DNA of 64,000 bases from Camelus ferus (Eukaryota), in assembly GCF_009834535.1 (NCBI RefSeq), contig NC_045701.1:7750001-7814000 (forward strand), written 5' to 3'. Below the pieces are notes generated by a model that worked only from the letters and a program-made list of their open reading frames with translations, was not told the DNA's origin and searched no databases. A program made the position numbers and the translations under genes. How positions within the stretch are numbered: position 1 is the stretch's first letter; every line of letters starts with the position of its first letter. This document shows positions 1-13,155 of this stretch, one piece after another.

Positions 1-753
1 AATGAAGAGACTGCTGTTAAGGGTAGAATTTTACGTGACAGAAATGAGGTAGCATGAGCACGGTGAACACGACTAGCATTATATTATTTCACAACGTGCG
101 TTTCCTGACGTTTCCTTTAGACTGGTAATGGGTACCGTCGTTTTCCTAAATCTCGTTTGTGTCCTGACCAGCAAGCTCTAAATGGATGACTTGCCAAGTA
201 CTTAGTGTCTGGAATAAAGCCTTCATATTAATGAAAGTAGCGACATTCACCGATGTTAGTGTAGATATTAGTGCTCATACACTCAAGGATTGAAAACAAG
301 CTGCTCAGAGTATATAAGCCCGAGACAGTGTGACTAATGCTTTAAAGAGACCAAAAATTCTTACCTTTTTTATCGTCTTGAGAATTATTAGTATATGTTA
401 GTCTTGGCTTCCCAGCTTCTAGCTTTTAACCTTTAGCTAATTATGTGTCCCAGGTTCTGTTCCAAGGATTCTGTCAGTAGTCACATTCCGTGACAGATAT
501 GGAATATGTGCATGTGTAGGGAGGTATGTTGATTTTCGTTGGGGGTGAGGGAGGCTGTCGGTTCAAGACCTCCAGTTTACCCACTTCTTGTCCACTTCTA
601 CGAAGAGTTCTATCCCTCTCTCTGTCTGAATCCCAAAGGGTGAAGTAAAATTGCCTGAAAGCATTCTGAAAGGGGCAAAATTATATAGGCAAATGTATTT
701 GCTGTTCATGGTAAATTAATGGAGCTTTCTAAAAGTATAACCTTGAATTGCAG

Positions 754-883
754 CAATTTCCAGTTTATGTGCTACCGAAAGTGGAGTATCAAGGTTGCTA
801 CGGAGTTGAAGCTCTGACGGAAGGTGAACTTTGTCGCCTGTGGACTGAAAGTTTATTGCATTCCAACTGCTCATTTTATGTTG
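754..883 (+). CDS. ICE2: ICE2/NARG2 (little elongation complex subunit 2) internal coding exon, 130 nt (probable orthologue of human exon 12)
   Basis: ttgcag|CAATTT...GTTG|gtaagt. Translates QFPVYVLPKVEYQGCYGVEALTEGELCRLWTESLLHSNCSFYV(G), which matches the recalled ICE2 C-terminal NARG2_C region. Phase 0 in, phase 1 out. Confidence 0.93.
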
Positions 884-1204
884 GTAAGTTATACAAGAGG
901 CTTTGCTCTCCTTTTTAATTCCCTTGTATATACATACAATTCAATTTATGTATAAGTATTTCCGTTCCGTACTTTTTATTTTCAGTTTTCTGATTGTATT
1001 AACATGTCTTTCCATTAAAACACCATTCCTACTCCAGTGTTAAATGACAGGGTGGGAGCAGTGATTATCAAATGTTTTAATTTCCCTCTTATTCCCTTAT
1101 TAATTGTACATGAACATCACTGTAATCATTCTTTTCTTAAAATACTTAGTTTATTTAACAGTGTAACTAACTAAAAATATATGTATGTTTTCTAACAAGC
1201 TTTT

Positions 1205-1406
1205 ATTTTTTTTTTGGTAACAGCTGAACACAACATACATTTATTATCTCACATTTCCATGGGTCAGGAGTTCACGAATAAGTATCTGGGTCCTATGTTC
1301 ATGGTCTCACTAGGCTGAAATCAGAGTGTTCACTGGTAGTGCAATGTTGTCCAAAGCTTGGGGTCCTCTTTCAGACTCACTTAGGCTATTGGCCGAATTC
1401 ATTTCC
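1205..1406 (-). mobile_element. MaLR (MLT1F/G-like) LTR fragment with poly(A) tail and 14-bp target-site duplication
   Basis: Matches the MLT1 motif aaacatttattatctcacagtttc. Poly-T at 1201-1215. TCTAACAAGCTTTT at 1191-1204 and 1407-1420. Confidence 0.75.
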
Positions 1407-2408
1407 TCTAACAAGCTTTTTTAAAAAGTACTATTTAATTGGTTTCAATGTATTTTGAAATTTTCTTAAAATTATAATGACATTGTTTTTTTAAATCTCA
1501 AATACCTTGATGAAATTTTTTTGAGTTTGTTTTTGTTTTGTTTTGAGGGGATAGTTAGGCAGGGACTTACTTTGTGTTGGCTGGGTTCATGTACAGTTAA
1601 CATCCTTCACGTGAAGGGTTACTGGCTGATCAGTATGGATACTGTTTCGTTCCATTGGAATGCCTAATCCTGTACTTCTCAGTTCATCCCATACATCCTA
1701 ATCCATGCCAGGCATCTCAGGATGCCCCTCCACGATGTCATTTCCTTCCCTGGATTTCTCAGTGTATTGTCTTTTTTATGACTTGTTGCTTTCTAGTTTA
1801 TTGTTCTTTTTTAAGTCTATCCTCTTTTCCCCTTAGACAAAACTAGTTTAATGTCAGAGTCTGATGAAACTTTACATTCTTGCAGTGCTTAGCATAATTT
1901 CTGTTACACAATAAATGTTATATGTGTGTTTTTCTTGCTTAATCGATAAAGGTTACCACGTGAAATTTTTTTCCATATTTTAGCTAATCAGCGTTTTCTC
2001 TTCATATCTTATAAGAGTGTTAATAAGATCTTTGATATACTTTCTCTGCTTGGCCCTACTTAAGGAAGTGGCTAAATGCACTACTTGGTGATGCGCTAGC
2101 CTCCTCCTCCCCCTTCATACATAATGCTGGAAGTTTGTTGTCATAGTTCTCAGCCAGTGACCACAATTTCAGCGTTCCTTCAAAAAGACCTGTTGCAATG
2201 AAATGCACCAACAGTCTTCATGTAAGCTACTAGCAGGCTGTTGCCAGCCACATCAATTTTAGTTAAGGACCAAAGAAAAACTTACCGTTGAAATCTTTTT
2301 TTAAAGTACTGTCAGAATAGATAGTCCTGACTAAAACATTTATAGTTTTTTTTTAATGTTTAACAGATAAAGCTATCATCATCAATATGCCTTACTTTAT
2401 CAAAAGTA

Positions 2409-3201
2409 CAGTAGTCTCCCCACTTAAGTGCAGTTTTGTTCTCCAGCAGCTTGTTACCCCTCAGTCAACCATGGTCCGAAAACATGAAATAGAAAATTCT
2501 GGAAATAAACGATTCATAAATTTTAAATTGCATGCCATTCTGTATAGTGCCTAAGGCATGGACCATCCCTTTGTCCAGCGTATCCTGCCCATCAGTCACT
2601 TACTAGCCGTCTCAGTACCGGATCTATGGTCGAGGTATCGCAGTGCTTGTGTTCAAGTAACTCTTATTTTACTTATTAATGGCCCCGAAGTGCAAGAGTG
2701 TAAGATGCTGGCAATTTAGGTATGCCAAAGAGAAGCCACAAATGGCTTCCTTTAAGTAAAAAAGTGAAAGTTCTCAACTAAATAAAAGGAAAGAAAACAA
2801 TTCATGTGCTGAGGTTGCTAAGATCTGTGGTCAGAACAAACCTCCTGTCTGTGAAATTGTGAACAAGGAAAAATAAATCCGTGCTTGTTTTGCTGTCACT
2901 CCTCAGCCTGCACAGGTTATGAGTACTTAGTGAAGATAGAAAAGGCATTACATTTTAAAAATATTTCGAGAGAAAGAGACCACATTCAGAAAACTTTTGT
3001 TATAGTATATTGTTAAAATTGTTCTGTTGTATTATTGTTGTTGATCATCTCTTACTGAGCCTAATTTATACATTAAACTTTATCATAGGTAGGTATGTAC
3101 AGGAAAAAGCAGTATATGTAGAGTTTGGTACTATCCTCAGTTTCAGGCATTCACTGCAGGGTCTTGGAACGTATCACCTTGTGAGCATGTGGGAACTCCT
3201 G
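2409..3201. mobile_element. MER44/Tigger7-type TcMar DNA transposon (non-autonomous)
   Basis: Ends TA|CAGTAGTC... and ...GGAACTCCTG|TA (TA target duplication). Decayed transposase start ATGGCCCCGAAGTGCAAG at 2679. Confidence 0.85.
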
Positions 3202-4171
3202 TATTCTTTAAAGTCCTAAGTAATCATTGCACGATGTAACTTTTATCGTCAGTAAATCCTATCCACTGATAACCCATTCATTTTAATGTAATGGGATGGT
3301 GTATTTTGTATCTTAGACACCTGTTTGTTTAGAAACTTATGTTGTATTGTAATATGGTTGTGTTTTCTTTGTTTGGGTGTCTTTGAGGGTTTTTTTTTGT
3401 CTTTTTGTGCAGGAGTAAATATGTTTTGAAATGCTATTTTAAAAGCATTTATGAGTTTTGAGGTTTATTTTAAATGTTGTTATATTACTCTTTCAACTTA
3501 AGAAAAATGTTGCAACAGGAAGGGAGTGTAGGAGAAAGGACTCCTAAATAAGTTTTTATTATAGTTACTTTCTGGAAATAGGATAAAAACAGAAAGCTAC
3601 AGTTTGTCATAGTGTCTGGGGTGACTGAGTATAGTTAAAACAAGTTACGTATCAGATGTGACTGTAAGGTAGTATGTGTGACTCATTACTTAGTCTCTTT
3701 TTTAAAGTTCTGTCTAACATCATGTAGAGTTAGTGGTTTTAGTTTTAAAGGAGAGCACCTGTCTACAGATGGTCAAGATATTTATATTTTATAGGGCATC
3801 TTAGGACATCTGGCTTCAGAAGTGTTTATTACTGCCCTTTGACATCTAAATAACTGGCTAATTGAAAATTATTTTTACCTGTATGATATTTCACTTATTA
3901 TGAGTTACAGTATGAACTTAAAAGCAGTAATGTGTTTCTTTTCAAACGTTTTGTTGTTTGATCTTCTGTGTGTCGGTCTCCCTTCCCTTGCTACTCCAGT
4001 CCTCCTAGCTTCGCCTCCTCCAGGCTCCCAAGATACAGCTCTTAGCATATTGCCGGAGGTTTTGTTTTGTTGTTTTTCTCTCCTTTTTGTTCTTTATGTA
4101 CGTACTACTCAAATCAAATTATATAATACATTTGAAATGCTCCAAAATCATCCTTAGAAGCTATTAAATGT

Positions 4172-4218
4172 ACATATATATATATACACACACACACACA
4201 TATATACACACACACACT
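4172..4218. repeat. Compound (TA)n(CA)n microsatellite
   Basis: tacatatatatatatacacacacacacacatatatacacacacacac. Confidence 0.85.
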
Positions 4219-4319
4219 TATATTTACGTATTTGTGTATGTTATAAAATAATTCAGTAATACTCTAACTCACTTATGAAGTATGTACTGAGGGTCAAGGA
4301 CTATATATTCATTATTACT

Positions 4320-4640
4320 AATCCTTACTATTCTGTAGAATAGATGATGTTTATCTTTGTTTTACAGAGGAGGAAACTGAGGCTAAGAGAGATTATTGCT
4401 CAAGATTACACAATTTGTGGGAAATCCAGAATTTATATCCATATTTTTTCTGATTCCACTATAATGGAATGTAGAAAGCAAGCTGACTTTGGGAGTCAAA
4501 AGATAAGTGTATGAGCACTTCATATTTTAAAGTTCTTTTACCTTGGGTAAAATCATTTAAGTTCTCTAGACCTCAGCTTTTTCATCTGTATGTAGTGGCC
4601 ATAATAAAATTTTGTTCAGTCTACCTCGGGGACTGTATAC
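4320..4640. mobile_element. MIR fragments
   Basis: MIR core motifs ttttacagaggaggaaactgaggct and ctcagctttttcatctgta. Confidence 0.6.
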
Positions 4641-4848
4641 ACAAATCCTTTTTATTACAATGATTACATAATGTATTGCCCTAAAAGTAGACTTCTCCTT
4701 AATGAAAATAGGTACCTAAAGACAATGAAGTAATACTGTGTATATTTTTGTACTGAGAAAAAGATGAAAATATGAAAATAATCTTTATGATACCAGAATA
4801 AGAAAGAATTTCTTAACCAAAAATTAAAAGAAGACTAGTTGGGGTAGT

Positions 4849-4970
4849 GGGGAGGGTATAACTCAGTGGTGGAGTACATGCTTAGCATGTACAAGGTCCT
4901 GGGTTCATTCCCCAGTACCTCCATTAAAAGAGCCAGTAAATTAAAAAACTGAATTAACCCCCCAAAATTT
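4849..4970 (+). mobile_element. Camelid tRNA-derived SINE (vic-1-like)
   Basis: GGGGAGGGTATAACTCAGTGG (A box), GGGTTCATTCC (B box), then CAGTACCTCC and an A-rich tail. Confidence 0.85.
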
Positions 4971-5099
4971 TAAAATAAATTAATTAATTAAAGGAGACTT
5001 CAAAAACCTGATAACGTCTGTATACTTATACATAATTTTTTAAAATGTTTATGTGGTGCTCCTTCAGTCCTAAGACACTGTCAGTTGTAAAATATACCT

Positions 5100-7300
5100 T
5101 TGTTTTGATATGTTTTTCCCTTTGATTTTTAGCTTTTTAAGTATACTAATATACATTTAGAAAAGTGAAAAAATTATAAATATACTTTACAGTTCAAGGA
5201 AGTATAACAAACCAGCACCTCTTAACTAGCAGCCAGATCAAGGTGTTGAAAACTACCAGTGCCCAGGAGGACTCCCCTTGTGACACTTCCCAGTCTTAGC
5301 CTTTTTCCTCTCCTGCAGTGGTCACCTCTATACTGGCTTCCAGTGTAATCGTTCTGTTTTTGTCAGCTCTATACAAGTTAAATCCTAAAGTAGTACTGTT
5401 TTGTTTATGCCTTCTTTTACTAACATAGGTTTTGAAATTTATCCATTTTGTGTATAGCAGTAATTCATTTTTATTGTTTTTGACATACTCCTTTATAAGA
5501 ATATATCACAATTTATTAATCCACTTAACTTTTGGAGCCTGCTGGGGTTGTTTCCATGTTAATACAACTATGAACATCTTGTAAATGTCTGTTAGTGCAG
5601 TGTGTACACATTGCTGTTGTGTGTATACCTAGGAGTGGAATTACGGGGTCATAACTTAAGCATACATTCATCTTCAGTAGAGAATTCTAGAAAGTTTCCC
5701 CAAGTGGTTGTGTCGCTTTACATTTACATTAGCAGTATGTGAGGGTTGCAGTTTCTCCACAGCCTTGTCCATACTTGGCCTTATCAGTTTATTTAATTTT
5801 ATCCATGCTGGTAGGTAGGTATTGATAATATCTCATTAATGTTTTAATTTGCCTTTCCTTGGTTATTTAGGAAGTTGGACACTTTCATTGATTAATAATT
5901 ATTTGGATGTTTGCTTTTGTGAATTGCCTGTTCAAACTTCTTTTTCTGTTGGCAAATTTTTGTTTGGTAGTTCTTTGTTAGTTTTAAATGTTACAAATAT
6001 TTTTCTTCTACTCTCTGCCTTGCCTTTTCAGTCTCTTAATGGTGTCTTTTGAACTTGATATAGACCAACAGCCATTTCCTTTATGGTTAATGATTCATTT
6101 GCCCTGTTTAAGAAATCTTCCCTACAGCAAAATCATGAAGATATTATCACAGATTATCTTTTAGAAGCCTTATTTTCTTTTTTATTTTTTAATTTCTAGA
6201 TACACAGTTCTTGTGGTATTTATTTTTGCATGGAATATCAAGTTTTGTTTTGGTTTTTTTCCCAGTTTTCAGCACCATTTACTGAAGAGACCATCCTTTG
6301 CTATTCTCCAGTGTTACTTGTGTTATAAATTATATATGTGGTAATTCTGGACCCTCTGTTTCTCTATCCTTGAGACAGTTCCCGTTTTAATTACTCTAGC
6401 TAGAGTAATTAAGTAATTACCGTAGCTAAACCATTAACTGTCTTAATTACTTCAGCTTTATAAAATGTTTTACTATTTGGTAAAGTAAATTTCATCAGCT
6501 TGTTTTTCTTCAATAAAAACTACCTATCAGATATTTTCTCTGCATTTATTGTTATGATGTTATAACATTTCTCTTCTCTTCTACTAATGTTATGAATCAT
6601 ATTAATTAATTTTAAAATGTTAACCCACCCCATGTCCCTACCATTTATACAGCTTGGTCGTGATATATAACTCTTTTTGTATGTTGGTAGATGTAGTTTG
6701 TTAATACTTATTTTGCCATCTGTGTTTATGAGTGAGAATGGCCTATAATTTTCCTTGTGAGCTATTGGTATTAAGGCTAAGTTTATGTCATAAAGTGGGT
6801 TGGGATCTGTTTCCTCTTTTTCTGTTATCTGGTAGAATTTTTATTGGTGTTATTTCTTACTTCAGTGTTTGGTTAAATTGACCAGAGAAGCATGTAGATC
6901 TAGAGTTTCTTTTTGAGAATGTCCTAATTATCAATTCAATTTTTAAATTAGTTTTAGAACCACTCAGATAATTAATTTCTTGAATCGATTTTAGTAACTG
7001 GTGTGTGTGCACATGTGCTTTTTTAAGAAATTTGTTTATTTTTCTTAAATTTTCAAAATTAATGGCATAAAGATCTTCATAATAACCTCCTATGATCTTT
7101 TAATGTCTGTAGTAACTATAGTAATTATTACACATTACCAAAAAATTTGGGTTTCTGTCTACCAATTTTTTATGTTTTCTATTTGACTTGTCTGTTCAGG
7201 GACTTTTTTTTCCTCTTAGTGCCTTCTTATGAATTGAATATTTTTATTCCATTGTTTTCCTTTTATTAATAGGATAGTTATATGTTAACATAATTATGTG
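5100..7300 (-). mobile_element. Ancient L1 (L1M/L1ME-type) fragments
   Basis: T-rich degenerate antisense L1 motifs, e.g. atacctaggagtggaattacggggtcata and ttgtgaattgcctgttca. Boundaries approximate. Confidence 0.6.
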
Positions 7301-7330
7301 CTCTTATACTAGTCTCTTGATGATGATTTT

Positions 7331-7534
7331 AGAGCTGTGTTGTCTAATACAGTAGATACTAGCCACAGGTGACTATTGAAGTGTAAATTTATTAAAATTA
7401 AAATTAAGTAAAATTCAAAATTCAGTTCCTCAGTCATCCAGCCATATATCAAGTGCTCAGAAGCCACATCTGGTTACTGAACTGGACACTGCAGATATTT
7501 TCATTATCACAAAAAAGTTCAGTTGGACACTGCT
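7331..7534. mobile_element. hAT-Charlie MITE (MER3/MER33-like)
   Basis: gctgtgttgtctaatacagtag ... agttggacactgct terminal motifs. Confidence 0.65.
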
Positions 7535-7725
7535 ACTCAAGTAATTATAACATGCATTTTTGATTTTCACCATTAATTATTGGTGTATTCTAGCCTCTTC
7601 TCAGACAATACTATCTTATTTTTATATACATTATAATCAGTGTATACATTTAATATTCATTTACACTTAGCCATATATTTAACCTTTGTAATGCTTTTCT
7701 TCTTGCATCTCTAAGATTCTAACTA

Positions 7726-7983
7726 CAGTTGACCCTTGAACAACACAGAGGTCAGGGGTGCCAACCCCCTGTGCAGTCGTAATTCCTTGTACAGTTTTCC
7801 CTCAGTATCTGTGGGGTACTGATCCCAGGGTGCTCAAGTCCCATGGTTGGCCCTCTGTATCCACAGTTCTGCATCCATGGATTCAACCAATCATAGATTG
7901 TGTAGTACTGTATTTACTGGGGGGGCGGGGAATGCGTATAAGTGGACCTGGCATGGTTCACACCCTTGTTCATGGGTCAACTA
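7726..7983. mobile_element. TcMar-Tigger MITE
   Basis: Terminal inverted repeats TA|CAGTTGACCCTTGAACAA and TTGTTCATGGGTCAACTA. Confidence 0.8.
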
Positions 7984-8761
7984 CAGTATAATATTCCTCT
8001 GCATGAACAATACTCTTTAGTATTTATTACAGCTCTGCTAGTGACAAAGCCTCCCAGTTTTTATTCATTTGAAAAAAAAATTTTTTTATTTCACTTTAAT
8101 TTTTGTAGGAAAAGTAATTCATTGTTTCCTGGCTTCTTTTGTGTCTGTTGAAGTCAGCTATTGATCTTATTTGTGCTCCTTTGAAAGATATGTGTCTTTT
8201 CTTTGGCAGACTTTAAATTTTCTCTCTTCCTTTCAACAATTTTTCTACAATGTGCCTAGATTAGGTTTTCTTTGTAAATATCCTTTTTACATGTTGTTCA
8301 TATTGTAACATATTACTCCTTAGTATGTAATTTGATGACCTTTGACAGTTTGGGGGAATTCTCAGTCATTGTCTCACCAAACATCACTTCTTCCCCATTC
8401 TCTCTCTTCCTTCTCTGGGGTTTCTGTTGTATTATGTTACATTTTACCATGTCCGTAATGTCCCTTACTTTCTCTTCTGTATCTTCCTTTTGACTCTTCC
8501 TGCATGACTATATTTTCTTCTAGTTTACTAATGTTTTCTTTAGCTGTTCCTAATATACTATTTCATTCATCACCTGAGTCTTTAATTTTAGCTATTGTAT
8601 TTTTTGGCTCCAGATTTTCCATTTGGTTCTTTTTTATACAGTATAATCTTCTACAGAAATTCTCGATTGTGTCTGAAGTATATTAGGCAAAATTATTTTA
8701 AAGTCTTTATCTAATACCCTTGTTACCTAGATCCTTTGTGGGTCTTTTCTGTTATTTTTTG

Positions 8762-9206
8762 TGTATTAGTTTCATAGGGCTGCCATAAAAAGCACCACAA
8801 ATCGGGTGGCTTAAAACAACAGAAACTTACTGTTTCACAGTTCTGTAGGCTAGAAATTGAGGTGAAGGTGTCACAAGGCCATACTCCTTCTGAAACCTGT
8901 GAGAGGGAATCCTTTCTTGCCTCTTTTACCTTCCAGTGTTTTGCCAGCAGTCGTTGGCATCCTTGTCTTATAGATGCATCACTCTCATCTCTGCCTCTGT
9001 CGTCACTTGCATCATTTTCCTGTCTCTCTTGTCTTCCTATAAGGACGCCATTCATAGTGAGTTAAGGGTCCATCCTACTCAACTGTGACCTCATCATAAC
9101 TAATTACATCAGCAACAATCTTCTTTCCAAGGAAATTCACATTCTGAGTTAGTGGGATTAGAGCTCTGACATATCTTTGTATGGGGACACCATTCATTCC
9201 ACAACA
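8762..9206 (-). mobile_element. MaLR solo LTR (MLT1C/B-like)
   Basis: tgtattagtttcatagggctgccata...gggacaccattcattccacaaca, a full-length MLT1 pattern. Confidence 0.85.
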
Positions 9207-9414
9207 GGTTGTTCTTTTACAGTCCACTTTTTTTTTATCATATGCCAGAATCTTCCTTATCAAGGACTCGATATTATATATGAGAAATTATAGAGATGAT
9301 GTGAGAGTTAAAATGTTTTCTTCCTCTAGACAGGATTACTTTTGACCACACTAGCAATCCTGATTTGCTGTAATCCAGTTACAGGGATTTAGCTGATTCG
9401 AAGCTTGACTTTGG

Positions 9415-10190
9415 ACTGCAGAAAGGCCAGTTTACTTCCCACTTATTGCTGGACGTTACCTTTCATGGTCTGACATTGCCAGTCTTTGGAAAAGCCTGCT
9501 TGCAAGGCTAGCTCTCTGCTGGTTTCTGGGAACTTGGATACTAAATGGTGTTCTACACTGATACAGACTTCCTGTAGCTGATAGGATGGCTCATTGTGCC
9601 TACACTGTTTGCAAACAATATGGCTCACTCTGAACACCTGCTTTCCTTCTGAGAGTCTGAAATTTTGGTGTGTGTTAGGCAGAGAGTGCCTACATAATGA
9701 GCCCCCAATAAAAACCTTGAGTACTGAGTCTCCTCCAGTAGGTTTCTCTGGTATTTAAAAAAAAAATTGCTGGAGAAATTAAGTGCATCTTGTGTGACTC
9801 CAGTGGGAAAGGACTGCTTTAATAAAACATACGTAATATAAAATATACCATTTTAACCAATTCAGTGTATAATTTACTGTACATTTTTTAGTGTACAATT
9901 TAGTATTAAGTACATTCGCAGTGTTGTGCAGCCGTCATCACTGTCCATTTCCAGAGCCTTTTCATCATCCCAAATAGAAACTAAGGAGAGGACTTTTGAA
10001 AATTGTCCTCTGAACTTCACCCACACTTCTTTTCTTTTTGCTGATTCTTCTTTAGCTTGTATCCTTTTGCAATAATAAATCTCATCCATGACTACAACTG
10101 TATGCTGAGGCTATGAGTCCTTTTAGAGAATCACCAAACCAGGGCCCCAACTTAGAATGTTAGTGTTTATCTACTTCATAGACCCTGAAC
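9415..10190 (+). mobile_element. MER21-like ERVL LTR interrupted by an L1 3' fragment (9817-9982)
   Basis: MER21 motifs ccccaataaaaaccttga and ctgagtcctttt..gaatcaccaaacc. The insert is flanked by GGAAAGGACT (9806) and GGAGAGGACT (9985). Confidence 0.65.
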
Positions 10191-13155
10191 TCCAGTTTTT
10201 GTTCCTCTAATCCTGAGAGGATATCGAAAGCTCTGGTACATTTCTTAGTCTCTCAGTCGCTTTTTCCAGATTAACAGGCACTCTTAATTAAGACAGGAGC
10301 AGCCCCAAGGGCCAGGCTCACATCTCTGGTTTTCTTTCTTCCTTGGGTTATTGTTTCCAAATATATTCCCAATCCCTTTTTGAGTCACCACTAACAAATT
10401 ATGTAATTTAATTACTCATGATATATATTGCCTTTGTCTCTTCTGTTTATTGATACATCCCAAGCACCTAGAACAATATCTAGAACATGGAGGCACTCAG
10501 TGAGTATTTTTAGAATGAGCGAAGTTGGCTTGGATAATTGGTTGAAGGAACAGAAAAGGCAAGGAGAAGGGAAATGACAGAAAACAAACCACTGAATCTA
10601 TATATGTTATTCTTTTTACAATGGGATACAAGAAGAAAATACTCTTATTTAATTTTTCTCTAAAAAAATTAAGCATTCCTGGTATTGACTATATGTATCG
10701 ACAGGTGGTCCTCTCTCGTGAATGTTGTCATGGAGTCCTGTGACATGTAAAATGGAAAGTGTTCTCCTTGCCTTCACATTGCACATGGCCAGGGAGACAT
10801 TGTGCTCAGTCCGTTCCATGTGAATGGCCACCCCTAGAGCTGTGCTGTATAGCATCCTCAGGGATATTTTACATATGATTTTGTTGCCAAAAAGGAAAGA
10901 TGTTGCTTATTTAAAACAAAACCAAAAACCCTCATGTATCTGTGTACTCTCATGGCTTAGAACCAGATTTGAAAATACTTTTCTTTTAGAATCTCCCAAA
11001 GAGCCTCTAGGATAGGAGTGCAGTCCCTACCTTAAGTTCATATAAAAAATTGACTAACACCAGGGAGGGTGGACATTCTTAGTAGAATTTCAGCAAAAAC
11101 TTTGTGTAATTGGTGTGTGGTGTTAAATATAACATTGTCATGGTTGAGTAACCCTCACAATGAGGCACCTGTTCCATTTGGATCTGTGTATCATTGCGGG
11201 TACCTTTTTTTAGCTATGACAGCCTTTAAACCTATAGAAAAGTGAACTGAACTTTAAATCCATCCTTCAAATAGTTGTATCACACAGAATTAAAACAAGA
11301 TTTATCAAAACAACAAAGCATAATTAATCATATATTGTGTATTATTTTATTCTTTCCAAGCGTTTTTGTAATTTTAATTGCTGTTAACAGCTTTTAATGT
11401 GTGTCGACTGCTGCTCTAAATAAAAGAAAAAAATAAAGCTCAGAATGATTAAGTAACTTACTGATAGACACAGAGTTCATCAGTGTCAGAATCAGAATTT
11501 AGTCACAGTTTTGAAATTTTTCTAACTTGGCGTAAACCTAAAAAGGGCTAGGGAAGAATTGGTTGGGGCAGAGGGGAGGAGGGAATGTTAAATATAACAA
11601 AAGTGAAGTACAGTGTGTATAACAAGGTTAATCAGTGTGACTTAAGACAAATGATTTATTGTGTCTCAGAAGTTGGGATCTTAAAATCCTAACCAGAAGA
11701 TTTCCAGGTGCCCCTCTCCTCTTTGCCATGCACTCAGGCACCGTGGGCCTTTCTTAGTTGTGGCGTGAGTTTTCCTTACTCATTTCTTGCTAGCCACTCC
11801 TCCGTGTAACTTAAGCACTTCTTGTCAGTTTGCCCTCCCTAGCCCTATGATTTCAATATTTCAAAGAAATTTAAGACAGTTTCTTCCCAGAAATCAAAGT
11901 TGGGGACAAAGTTGCATTAGATCTTTTGGCGATAACTGGGAGGGTAAAGTTTACATGTGTGACTGAGATTCAGATATAGCATATCTCATGGGACACAAGT
12001 AATATAAGATCTCAGTTACTTAACTGAAGAGCATATTGGTTTACAGGTCTCTAGTCCAGCGATTCTTAAACTTGATTGTGTATCAGAATCACTGATGAGA
12101 TAAGTGTCTCAAGCACACGTATGACTCACTTGAGGTCCACAGGTCAGAATGCTCCAATACTGAGAGAATTGTAAGCTCCTTGAGGAGGTGGGGCCTCACA
12201 GCACTTAGTATGATGTTCTGTGTGTATTTCTGACCGCCTGTATCTGATGTATACTATAACACATACTTTTTGTCGAGATTGCTTTAAAAAGATAAGAACC
12301 GTTAGTTTCCTCAAAAGCATATTTAGTAAATGTCTAAAAATGTTTTATTCTACTTAATATTCCCTTTCTACAGTTATTAAACCATTAAAATGTGCCTTTG
12401 TTATTAGAAACGTCACTGTATAATAATGAGTGTTAGAAATACAGAGGTGAAACTAAAACTTGGCACAGGAAATAATAAGTAGGTGTGGGAAAAATAGATT
12501 GTTGTTTTAGAAGAAAAGTATCTGGTAAAAATGTTTCTAATTCTTCTTTACAAGCACAAAGCAAATGAAAGGGGCCTACATATGAAAATATGATGTTAAA
12601 TTATGTGCGTTTTCTTTTGTTGCACAAGGACTGATGTCAGCTTTCCAGGTCACATGTTTTGATAAATAAATGACAGATAAATATAATTAACATTGCTGTA
12701 TGTTATATCTGAAAGCTGTTAAGGGAATAAATTCTAAGAGTTCTCATCAAAAAAATGATAGAATCTAAAGAAAATTTAAATTTAAATGATGTTATTTTCA
12801 GCATTGGTGAGTATGACACTCTAATGCTAATGATGTTTTTAACTATGTTACTATAGCATAGTTTTTATATTGACATGATTATATAACATGTAACCAAGGG
12901 CTATCTTTTATATTACTTTCTTGAAGCATTTTGGCCTCAGTGTTGTGTCTCAACCTGTTTTGTTGTAGAATATACATACTACTTTTTAAAATGGAATTGT
13001 AATCTTGGTAATTGACCGTTGTGTTTTTTGGAATTCTAGAATTAGGTCATGTTTGTGAGAAAGTAAGACTTGTAACAAACTCCTTTGATTTTTTTTTTTT
13101 TTAAACTGTAGGAAATCTTATGATGTGCTTTAATTAAAAACCAAGCCAGATTTTT

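Noticed and set aside
1-260. Intronic snoRNA
   Set aside because: No properly placed C/D boxes with a terminal stem and no H/ACA architecture were seen.
4849-4925. tRNA gene (A/B boxes)
   Set aside because: Has the SINE body and A-rich tail, and is repeated five times in the window. No complete cloverleaf.
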